Assembly (NCBI RefSeq): GCF_009834535.1
Contig: NC_045729.1
Span: 11,718,001 to 11,782,000 of the forward strand
From: Camelus ferus
Lineage: Eukaryota
Direction: 5' to 3'
Length of the DNA stretch: 64,000 nucleotides
Shown: positions 1 to 10,270 of the stretch, one piece after another
How the letters are laid out: each line of letters opens with the position of its first letter
Numbering within the stretch: the stretch's first letter is position 1
Translations under genes and position numbers: made by a program
The notes under the pieces: generated by a model
Database searches by the model: none
The model's input: only the letters and a program-made list of their open reading frames with translations
What the model was told of the DNA's origin: nothing

Positions 1-459
1 TTTATTCTGGAATCAAGGCTGTTTATCCTCAGATGCAGGTGGACTGTAATATTTCAATAAGAGAAAACGTCTCTCTGTCCTGGAGCCCTCGCACTCATGT
101 ACCCAGCTGTGAGTGTGCTAGTGGTTTTCGGAACGATCTACCATGATTCTCAAGTCTCTTCCTTAGATTATAACTGAGGCTTCATCTTCATCTAATTAAA
201 TTTAATAGTGTGGCACAGTCACAGTATTTTTTGTAAAAAAAAAAAAAAGTGTTTTTCATACTTTTCCTCTCCATTCTAAGGATGGAGACAGCAAAGCTTT
301 TCCAAGTGACTCATCTGAGGTACTTCAGATGATGCGAATAGTTAAACATTCTTGGCAGGTAACATGGACCTCGGGTAGAGAGGTACCGTACCTGTTCTGT
401 ACTAGTAATTGCAATTTTTTGTGAAATTCCTCGGAATTATTTAACCCACAGTATGTTGG

Positions 460-472
460 TGCTGAGTCAGCA
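460..472. promoter_or_regulatory. Perfect T-MARE (Maf recognition element) TGCTGAGTCAGCA
   Basis: Exact 13-bp consensus match; function unproven. Confidence 0.5.
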
Positions 473-578
473 TATTAGAAGTGAAAAGGTTTTCTTGGTT
501 TGAGAGTGAAAATTGAACTTCCTTCATAAATTGGTTTTGGTGCAGAAATGATGTCTTTATTTTCTTGTGTGATGACAG

Positions 579-722
579 ATCCTGGATGACAGGAAGCAAT
601 GGTGGAAAGTTCGAAATGCAAGTGGGGACTCTGGATTTGTGCCAAATAACATTTTGGATATCGTGAGACCTCCAGAATCTGGCTTGGGGCGTGCTGATCC
701 ACCTTACACACATACCATCCAG
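579..722 (+). CDS. EPS8: EPS8 coding exon, C-terminal half of SH3 domain plus linker (ILDDRKQWWKVRNASGDSGFVPNNILD...PYTHTIQ)
   Basis: Acceptor gacag|ATC at 578/579; donor CAG|gtaatt at 722/723; 144 nt, phase 0-0; SH3 signature WWKV...GFVPNN matches EPS8 as recalled. Upstream exons lie before the window. Confidence 0.97.
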
Positions 723-1845
723 GTAATTGTGATTTCTGAGCAGAACCTAACTTTTACAGATTTTTCAAATTCTTCACGCCTAAGCAAGACTTAACTACCT
801 TATATGTCTTAGTCATTTTGAGACTTAATTGGTTATGTATAATTTTTTTCTAGGGTAATTGGAGGGCAGTGGCTAGAGACATAGGGGAGAATTATACATA
901 TGTTTTCTGATTTACTTCTTCAGGAAATTGCTCGAAATGTTTACCACTCAGTGACTGTTTCTCTGAATGCTGTTTTTGTTTCTACCCCATAATATTTCTG
1001 CCATTTGGAGAAAGAGTGTTTCTGCCTCTTCACTCTTCCCAGAGCCCTGCTAGCCAAGGGTCCTGATGGAAGCCAACACCGAGACAGAGGATGGAGTGCC
1101 TGCAGTTGTCTGCACCTGCCTTTGCCCCCATTCTTTTTATAGACTTTGATTGGTAACCTGTTTGCTTGCAACTTTCCAACTATCAAATCTTAACCCCTTT
1201 TTAGAAACTACCTTAACATGACAGAACTTCCATCCAGTTTTCAGCGCCATTATCTTCCTTCAGGCGTGGTGACCCCATGAGACTAGGGCGGCCGCCGTGT
1301 GCTTTTTGACCTGTGACAGGATCTCTAGAGTCAGATCTGCCAGTGGAGACAGAATGGATGGACGGGCCCATGCATCGCCTCTGAACCTGTGTTGGCTACT
1401 TTCTTATGCCCCCAGGAAAATTCTTTTCATTTTCAGAGGCTTGAGCCAAGGATCACATCTGACCCCGTAATAATGTCATAAATGGGTAGAAGCTGAAGCT
1501 GCATAGAACATGCAGTGACAGAGTCAGATCTCATGCCTCAGCTCAGTAAAATACCAACTGTCCAAACCTAGAATTGTGGCCATGTGCTGTCATGACCATT
1601 CATGTAAGTACCTCTGTCCCCCTGGCATTCGAGCCTAGTGCAGTCCTGCACTTAACTGAGGGACTTTGGGCCTTATTAGAATCCAAGAATCAAGCAAACA
1701 TTTCAAATAAAGAATTGCTGTACAGTTTATATATCTTGATAACTTACAGTGATGGCAGTGGGAACTGTTTGCTGTGCTGGCTTTTTGGCTGGCTTGATGT
1801 GCACAGATATTCTCTACTTACTTTATGTTCATCATTTGTCACTAG

Positions 1846-1881
1846 CTGTTGATGCCAAAGAAGGAGTTTGAGTTATTCAAG
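1846..1881 (+). CDS. EPS8: Candidate EPS8 36-nt in-frame cassette exon (LLMPKKEFELFK)
   Basis: Pyrimidine tract ttctctacttactttatgttcatcatttgtcactag, donor AAG|gtacgg, phase 0-0 like the host intron, no stop. Prediction only, no transcript evidence. Confidence 0.65.
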
Positions 1882-2795
1882 GTACGGTCTGCTCCATTTC
1901 CCATGGATTTTTGCAGTGAATTTTCTAACTTAATTTTAACACCTCTTTCTTTCCTAAGTTCTTACATTTCTTATCTTGTGATGTGCTTACCTGACGTAAT
2001 ACAGGCTTCTGTCTGGTTTATAAATGCCAGGCCTTTGTGTTCTTTTCTAGAGAAGTTTTGACTGAATGCCTTAGGGAGCATTAAAGAATGTTGGCTTGAA
2101 ACTATGCATGAAACAGTGGTAGAATATGTCCCCTTTGAGCTCTGTGGGCTGTTTTTAATGTTTAACTCATGATAAGCAATAAGAAAGATGTTCACAAAGG
2201 ACCTCACCAGTGGCCGTGTGTGAGCAGAAGCCCAGAGTTCATATATAAAGTGTTACAAACACTTAGCCAAGTTTGTTTTTATTATAGGAATGGGCAAACT
2301 CCGATAAAATAAGATACCTAAAACTTGCAAATACTAATGTACATCCTAAGTATTTCCCGCCACCTGAGATTTCCTCAGGAGTTTGACCTCTTTTACCTTT
2401 TCCTGTTTACTGTTCAGTCTTGTCTTTTTCCTCAGTTTGGATTCTTGGCTTGGGCCATAAGTTGACTTTTCTGTTCAAAGGTTGCTTCTGTCTAAAACGG
2501 AACCCAAACTATTAATATATATCATATTTAGAGTACTTTTTGAGAACATAAAACCTACTTCTCCTTTCTTGAACAGAGCCTTGGTTTATATTTTTGTCAA
2601 CTTTGGCAAAACCAAGAAATTTTTTAAGTGTTCCCAAGTTTCAGGAGTTTGTTTTGCTGCTTTGTGTAAATAGAAACTTGTGGGGATTGCCTGTTTGGGC
2701 TGTTTCCTTTTAAACTTTTCAACACTATCTGACTGTCTGAAATTTTTTGGATGCAGCTCTGAATGCAGTGATGTACATAGAAATGCGTATAGAAG

Positions 2796-2796
<1 letters not shown>

Positions 2797-2840
<44 letters not shown>
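2797..2840. repeat. (TG)22 perfect microsatellite
   Basis: 44 nt of uninterrupted TG. Confidence 0.97.
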
Positions 2841-2843
<3 letters not shown>

Positions 2844-3654
2844 AGGTTGAAAGTCCTACTTTTAAAAGGAATTAAAAGCCATCTAGTTTTCAACACCTCC
2901 TGAAAAATTTGGGCTGAGCCCAACAAAACCACCAAAACCTTGTAAAGTTTTAATAAGCAAGCTTGACAATCTGCTATCTGGCATAAATATAACTCTGAAA
3001 GGATTGCTATTCTCAAAGCATTTATAACACAACAGAGAAAAATGACTAGAGAGAGTGAGATGGAAAAGAAAAACAACCTCAGAGATACATACCAGTTATT
3101 TTGTATCTCTGCAGCCATGTTACCAGACACTTTTATCTAAAATATCCAAAGAAAAGCCCTGCAGCTTATATCAGAATGGCAATAAAATGCCACTACATTT
3201 CCATAGGTTGCTATGGTCCTGACACCCTAGACACGCAGAACTGTGCTGGATTACAAACACACCAAAAGCAATCCTGTGTCCTACCCCTCTTCTCATTCCT
3301 TCCTCCACAAATGTATTGAGTGCCAGCATCTTGCGTTCGATGAAAAGAAAGACAGAAATCCGAGCACTGAGCAGATCCTCTATTAAACCCGCCACCCAGA
3401 ATCAAACCTCCGTGCCGCCCCGGCTTTGCCCCTCCCCTCTGAGCTTGTGCATCAGGAGCGGGGACCCCCCTCCTTCTTCAGAAATGGCCCACGCTTTCCC
3501 CCTGTCTCATCCATCCAATGATACCAAAATTTTACAGAAGTTTAAAGACACTTCTTACAAAAACATCTTAGAACCCTTGTACTGCCCTGCAGAAAGACGC
3601 TCCGGCTGAGTGCCGGGTTGTTCAAGGACTCCACAAATACTGGTCCACTGAATT

Positions 3655-3790
3655 CCCACGACAGCCCTGTGAAATAGGCACAGTTTACATATGTGGAAAT
3701 TTAGGCACAGAGAGCTGACTTGCCCACGGTTGCACAGCCTCATGAAGCCAGGGTGGGGACCCAGGACTCTGGAATCAGAACCCATGCTCT
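3655..3790 (-). mobile_element. MIR SINE fragment
   Basis: Core-like tttacatatgtggaaatttaggcacagagag...acttgcccacggttgcacagc. Confidence 0.75.
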
Positions 3791-4999
3791 GATATGTCCC
3801 GAGGAACAGTGCTTACCCTTACGTCTCGTTGAGGGTAAGGATATAGTTTTTCACTGTATGAGTGCTTAAAGTGACACCTTCCCGGAGTAGGTTTACCGTG
3901 CATTGTGCTGTGTTGATCTGATCAGTCACCATCCTTGGAACTGGATTTTTGCTTTATGCATCCATCCTTGGATTTCATTCATTCTTTCACTTTTTAACTC
4001 ATTCGGGAAAGTAATCCAACTTATGTAATTCACTTAGAAAGCAGACATTTTTTTGAATGGTGGGAATAAGGGAATTAGATGTAAATTATTTCCATGTGGC
4101 ATCTACAGGTCACCAGAGGTTTTAAAAATGCACGGAAGTAGGACTGTTATTTTCACGCACTTATCTTTCCTGTGAAGAAGTATGTATGGATAAGAGCAGT
4201 CCCTAGGTGAGGGCAAGGGCTGCCTTGCCTGTGGCTCACACATTTTTGGTTAGAGATTCTCTTCGGACGCCAGGGACGCACATACCTGGCACCAGTCACG
4301 GCTAGGTGTTGAATTGCCACCCAATGTCCCTGTGAGTCCAAGCTATTTAATAACCTCACATTTGGAGTGATTTTTAACAGCTCTGTAAAGACAGCCAGTC
4401 CCACCGAATGTGTTTCCCCACCATGGCTTCAGCAAAGTTCTAAAAATAAAGGACAGGGAGGTAATAAAGAATTTAGGAAAGATGTGGAACATTAAAAAGA
4501 AGATTGGACGAGACCACAGGGACAAGGAAGTGAATGTTTATGAGAGATTATGGAGAAATGACGATAAATGACATACATGCCTTTTGATGAAAGTTCTGTT
4601 GTAGAGCATTCCAGGGCTTTGCGGTCCTTGAGCTGGACAGCGAATGGGCATCCCGGGTGCCTTCCCCCCACCTGGAAGCCACTGGCCACATCACATTTCC
4701 TGATACTTCTTTTGACTCAACTCCTGACCTCCAGCACTTTGACTGTTCATCTACCAGAATCACTTTCATGCTCTATGCCAAGAGTCAAAACCAGCCTCTG
4801 CCATTCTGTTATTTCCAATATCCTAAGAGGCTTGGCTAAAGAACTCTTTTATTTATTATTAATTACCGAGTCTCTGTGCTCATCATTATTGCAGATATTC
4901 TTACTCTACCAAGATGCAAATAATTTGGAATGTCTGGTCACTGTGGTCCTGTAAATGCAACAGGAAGTCTCCCGTCTGCTCTAGTCTCCTAGCAAGAGA

Positions 5000-5140
5000 T
5001 GTTATACTGTGGAAACAGCCCCAGTCTAGGTACTGGGAGGTGAGGGTTCTAGTCCTGGCTCTGGCACTGACTAGCTGCATGACTTTAAAGAAAGCACCTT
5101 ATTTTTCTGAGCTCCGGTTGCTGAGCTGTGAGATGGAAGG
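5000..5140 (+). mobile_element. MIR/MIR3 SINE fragment
   Basis: gggttctagtcctggctctggcactgactagctgcatgacttt...tttctgagctccggtt resembles the MIR consensus. Confidence 0.75.
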
Positions 5141-5313
5141 GGCCAGGGGGTTTCACGATCTCCACAGTCCAGTCTAGACATAAAATTTTGTTACTTTTTA
5201 TTATACGTGTTTAAGTAGCCCTGAATTAACTGTGGCCATGTTTCCTGCAGGGGAATACTAAACCGCTAGCCCTACTAATTTCAGCTCCTGTTATGAATGC
5301 TCTGTTTTTCAAG

Positions 5314-5331
5314 CTTAATCCAGATATTCAG
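5314..5331 (+). CDS. EPS8: Candidate EPS8 18-nt microexon (LNPDIQ)
   Basis: TACTAAT branch-like site at 5273-5279; aaTGCtctgtttttcaag acceptor; weak CAG|gtactg donor; phase 0-0. Confidence 0.4.
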
Positions 5332-6087
5332 GTACTGCTGGGCAGAGAGTGACCGTGTTACTAAAGATGTTTGTATACTCATTCCAGCAGACCAACTTCC
5401 TGATACGATTGAATTGTTAAACAAATTTTTAAAGTTTATCTCAGAACACTCTATCTGTCTATTAATTAGAGGCATGGTTTCTAGACAGGGGTGGTTACTT
5501 TTTTATTCTGCTTCATGTGTTGACATTTTTCCAAATATTTTTTACAATAATTTGAATAATACCACCCTCCTTTCATATATATATATATATAAAACTGCCC
5601 GATATGCGTATGTACAGAATTGTAGAATTTTCTGTTTACCTGCTTACAAGTTCAACTGAAGCTCACTAAAACACACTGATATATATTAATTTCCTTTTGT
5701 AAATCAGATTATTAAGAGAATTAGCCTGACATTTAATGTACTTGTATTCCTTATAAGCTGTAAAAATAGGATGAACCTTTATCTTAATATTTTTAAAACA
5801 ATACCCTGGCACACAAATAGTTACTGAAATACTCGACCCAGTTTATACTGCAGTGAGAGTCTATACAGCTAGTTTCCCTTGACTAGATAGCGGTGGAAAT
5901 TAATTATATATTTACAGGCGCCTTCCCTGGTGGATTTGCTTGATTTGTGGGCAGGTAATTTTACTGTCAGAAATGAATTTGCTCATGTTTTCTGATATTT
6001 GATGTGAAGTATAATTGGTATTCTTTTCGTTCCGTCCCCTATGTTCGATGTTCTCATTTGACGTGATTTGCTGCATTTTCCTAATAG

Positions 6088-6111
6088 CAATTACTTGGCG
6101 AGCTGTCAGAG
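6088..6111 (+). CDS. EPS8: Candidate EPS8 24-nt microexon (QLLGELSE)
   Basis: Long upstream pyrimidine tract; ttTGCTGCattttcctaatag acceptor; GAG|gtaacc donor; phase 0-0, no stop. Confidence 0.62.
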
Positions 6112-6607
6112 GTAACCCACATTTGTTCCCTCAAGGCACTTTCTTTTTAATGGACTTTTTTTGGATTCAGTCTCTGGACTTAACACCCTCCAAATGTTCC
6201 AGCTGTGCCTAGTTTTCACTGCAGAATTCCAAAGAGACTAAATTTAGAGGAAAAAAAAAATGTGTAGGTTACATTTTTAAGAACAGTTCGTTGTTACGGC
6301 TTTGTGTTGCTTGCTTGCATAATTTCCCCTCTGAAGCAGTACCTGCGTGAACCAGGGGTTTATCTCTAGATCACCATCCTTAATCCTGGAGAGTTTCTAT
6401 CAGCTTTACTAGCTAAAGCAACATGACTCATTTGGATTTAATTATCAACAGAAAAATGTATTTTCCATGGGGGCTAGTGATTCTGACTTCTTTCAGGGAA
6501 AGAGAAAAAAACAGATTTTGTTTTAAGCAAAACTTTAAATATATTTGTGGGTGATAAAAGGCAAGAGTTAGGAAGTGACAGTGATGGTACGAAAGTAGGG
6601 CCACACC

Positions 6608-6708
6608 AAGGTGACCAGTCGTCCCAGTTTGTTCACGACTGAGAGGTTTGTAGGAACATGGGCTGAAACTGGGAGAGTCCCAGGCAGACTGGGAACAGTT
6701 GGTCAAGA
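6608..6708. mobile_element. MER81-like hAT-Blackjack MITE
   Basis: Terminal inverted repeats ggtgaccagtcgtcccagtttg ... cagactgggaacagttggtca. Confidence 0.65.
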
Positions 6709-7666
6709 TTTCTTTTTGGATTTGGCAATTCAGCACCCTTGGTTCAGGAGATGAAAAGTTCAGGGTAGAGTTCTGCTCTCCAAGACTTCCCAAAGTTCGA
6801 GGCGTCGCCGGCTCCCTGCCTCCAACCAGAAATAACCAGGAGGCAGTGGTGCTGAAGGGAAGAGCAGTGCTTGGGTGGTGAGTAAAAGGGAGTGGAGGAG
6901 ACGGGGAGGGACAGAGAAAAGTGACTCCAAGAGTCAACACTGATTCTGTTTCCTTCACTCAGAGGATGACTCATTAGTTTCCACAGAAAAGCTACCTTGG
7001 TTTCCGTGTCAGAACAGGTCGTAATGATTTGAGGAAGGTACATCCCGCCTTTTCATTCCAGGGGTTGGAAGCATGAGGCAGGAAGGAGGATCAAGAACAG
7101 GGGAAAATATGCAAGTAAATAAAATTCATGACATAATTCATGAAAAATGTTCATAAGGTTTCTCTTTATATTATATATATATATACATACACACATTATA
7201 AGTCTATTCTGATAGGTTAAACTGATAAAGTTGCATTATATGGCAAGGACAGATGACTGAAATGAGGCACAGAAGGCTTGGTGAGCCTGTCTGCAGGCTT
7301 GATAGTGACAGTAACACAGGTATTCAGTTTTCCACAGTATTTTTTGACCGATAGCAAAACACGAGCTGTTCTTGTTTTTCTGAAAGCAAAAAACATGAAT
7401 TGTATCATGGAATGCAGAGCTGACAGCACTTGTTTGTTGAAGCTTTAAAAGCAATCATTTAAACTGACACGTTTGAAATCCGAATGCGAGAATACACTAA
7501 CCCTTCGTGAAATTACGTACGGAAGACATCTTTGTCGAGGGAATCTTGCAGTATACATTAAGCAGATGACTTTGGTGTGTGCTAAGTATCGCATTGTGGT
7601 GATGTTTGCTGTATTTTGATTGCTTGAAATATTTTATTGGCCCAAATATAGGAACATTGTTTTGTG

Positions 7667-7700
7667 GATGATGATGATGGTAATAATAATAATAATAATG
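7667..7700. repeat. Compound (GAT)n/(TAA)n trinucleotide repeat
   Basis: gatgatgatgatggtaataataataataataatg. Confidence 0.9.
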
Positions 7701-9340
7701 TGATAATGAACTCCATTACTGAATATATTAGAAGCGTTCCTAGGCCTTGAGTGCTGAGAGAATCAGCAGTGTCTGTTTCTCTCCCATCCAACTCCGTGGT
7801 TTCCTCTATACATTTCACCCCCACTTCTCCCCTTCCTCCTGGCCTCTCTCCACCTCCCTTCCATCCCCCTCCAAGAAACAGGAGCATTATAAAGGCTTCT
7901 TTCTCCTCTTCTCCCATCCTCGTTTCATGCCCTGCCCACCTTCTCCACCCCGTTGGCTGGTGAGAGGTAGCTTTTAAAGAGACAGCAGAGAGCCAGGGCT
8001 GCGCCCCACGCTGGTTTCCACAGGTGTTACTCATTTGCTCTGAGGGTGCCTGTGACGGTTGTGTGTTGTTTTTTTTAAATCATAATTTAAAAAGTGATGT
8101 GTGTGGTGTTTTATGTTTTTGATCTCTGTGGAAATTGGGGGGGGGGCCTCTTTTAAAATCAGTATTACCTTATATTTGGGCCAATTTAAAAATTAAAAGT
8201 AAATCCTGTTCTCACCAAAGGACCAGATTACCAAAAGGCCTGCTTTTTGTGTTTCATCTGTTAACCCTGAATTTTAGAATAATTAAAATTGTGACAGGAC
8301 AGTATCTAAACTGTACCTAAATTATAAGTCAGTGCTCTGTGTCTTTGATTCTGTCCTTAAAAAATGCCTTTTGAGAATTTGGAACTTAACTCCGATTGTT
8401 ATCTATTAGAATTATTTTGTTGAAAGTTTTAACTATTGTATGCCGTTTAATGGGGAATATCCACAAATACTGTTTTATAATAGCCATGATTTTAAAATTG
8501 CTGAAAGTTTTTATATATTCTATCACATCCACCTTTTTTGAGTACAAATCTCCACATGGAATTTTCTAAGTACATGCTCTGAGATGTAGTCATCAACATT
8601 TAATTAACGACCATCCCATTACCCTCACCACAATCCCGTTTTAATAAGGCAAGTGTCTAAACTTAATAAATTAATATTAAGATGATGGCAGAAAGGGTTA
8701 TTACTTGGAAAAATAAACAGTGTTTTAAAGTTACTTTATTTTAAAGCACAGTTCTTTTATCTACTGAAATATTGTGCCTCTTCTTAACAAATTACTTGAA
8801 AACAGTATAAACACTCTTGAATATAACATACATTTACAATAAGGAGTGAGTAATGCTATGTGTTATTGATATTTAGACTTCCAAGGCAATTAGAAGTTGT
8901 TATTAATGGAAATTATAAAATAATCAGAAATCCTTTGACTTAGCCTGATCTTGTGTGATTCCAGGTTCAAATTTAGTTTTTTTGACATTTATTACTGTTA
9001 TTAATACTGCTATTTGCTTTTGGTGTATCCTTTTGACTCCTTAATTTACATTTGGATTTTGAACATATATGTAGAGCATTTAAAATATAATTTTTAATAA
9101 CTATTATATCATGTAGGATGGGGGGGTTGTGTATTTTTTGTATATGACACATATACATATGTGGGTACAGATGTGGGTACATGGGGGTTAGTGTATGTGT
9201 ATAAATATGCACACTTGCCATGGATTTGCAAGTGAGTTTTACACATAAATAGCCAACAATGTCCCATCAAAATATAATTTGTTTTCCTAGCCTAGGTTTA
9301 CATTTTTACAACTTCAAATTAATTATTTGTCTTTTTATAG

Positions 9341-9563
9341 AAACAAAGGATGGAATATGGTCCAAGACCAACTGACATCCCCTCTGCTCCGTCACCTCCT
9401 CCAACACCAGCCCCCGTCCCGGTCCCCCTTCCACCCTCTGCTCCAGCACCCGTTCCTGTGTCAAAGGTCCCGGCAAACGTTATCCGTCAGAACAGCAGCT
9501 CCAGTGACAGTGGTGGCAGTATCGTGCGAGACAGCCAGAGACAAAAACAAATTCCTGTGGACC
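9341..9563 (+). CDS. EPS8: EPS8 coding exon, proline-rich region (KQRMEYGPRP...PSPPPTPAPVPVPLPPS...QIPVD)
   Basis: ctttttatag|AAA acceptor; GAC C|gtaagt donor; 223 nt, phase 0-1; translation matches EPS8. Confidence 0.97.
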
Positions 9564-9804
9564 GTAAGTTTCCCAGGGAGGCAAAAAATAGACAGTTTCT
9601 TCTGGGAAATTAAAGCACTGCTAAGTAAAACTTGTTCATTGTTGGTTCTGCTGGTAGTAAATATCATTGAGTATAAATAATAGTCCTTTGCACAGGTGCT
9701 TCATAGATGGCAAAGACTTTGACCTAGTTTCTCATCCTCCAAGTAATTCTGAGAAACTGGGAGTTCTCTCTGCTCTCTAATATGTGCATTTCTACACGTC
9801 TTCC

Positions 9805-10270
9805 AATACATTGTGGTGGTTGAATGCAAACTCTGGAGCCAGACACACTTGAGTTTGTGCAGTAAAACATCACCTGCTGGCGGTGAGACCTTCCACAATT
9901 TAATAATCCTCTCTATACTTTAATATCTGTAAAGTGGGGAATAATGATAGCAACTTCATAGGATAATTGTGAGGATTTAATGAAATAATGCAGGTAAATG
10001 ACTTAGATCAGTTGTTCTCAGCCAAGGGTGATTTTACCCCTTCCCCTGGGGACAGCTGGTATTTGTCTGGAGACATACTTTGATCACAGTTGGATGGATG
10101 CTACTGACATCTGAAATAGGTAGACGTTAGGGATGTAATTCACAACATCCTAAGATGACCGGGACGGCTCCTCCCTCCCCCTGCACAGCAGGGTTATCTG
10201 GCTCAAAATGTCAGTGGTACTGATTGATTTTAACTAATATGACACATTATAAGCAGGTAGTAAATAGTTA
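9805..10270 (+). mobile_element. MIR interrupted by a MER20 insertion
   Basis: MIR body at 9805-10008 (atctgtaaagtgggg...gtgaggatttaatga); degraded tail resumes near 10235-10270. Confidence 0.7.
10009..10228 (+). mobile_element. MER20 (hAT-Charlie MITE)
   Basis: cagttgttctcagccaagggtgattttacccc...ggggacagctgg...gtctggagaca...gctcaaaatgtca matches MER20 as recalled; 3' TIR degraded. Confidence 0.85.

Noticed and set aside
5918-5954. 37-nt AG...GT unit (tttacag|GCG...CAG|gtaatt) between the microexon candidates
   Set aside because: Good donor but poor pyrimidine tract, and the length shifts the frame. It could only be a poison exon and I see no support for that.
7565-7573. Possible 9-nt microexon ATGACTTTG after CACTAAC (7495-7501)
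   Set aside because: Several intervening AGs, no pyrimidine tract and a weak TTG|gtgtgt donor.
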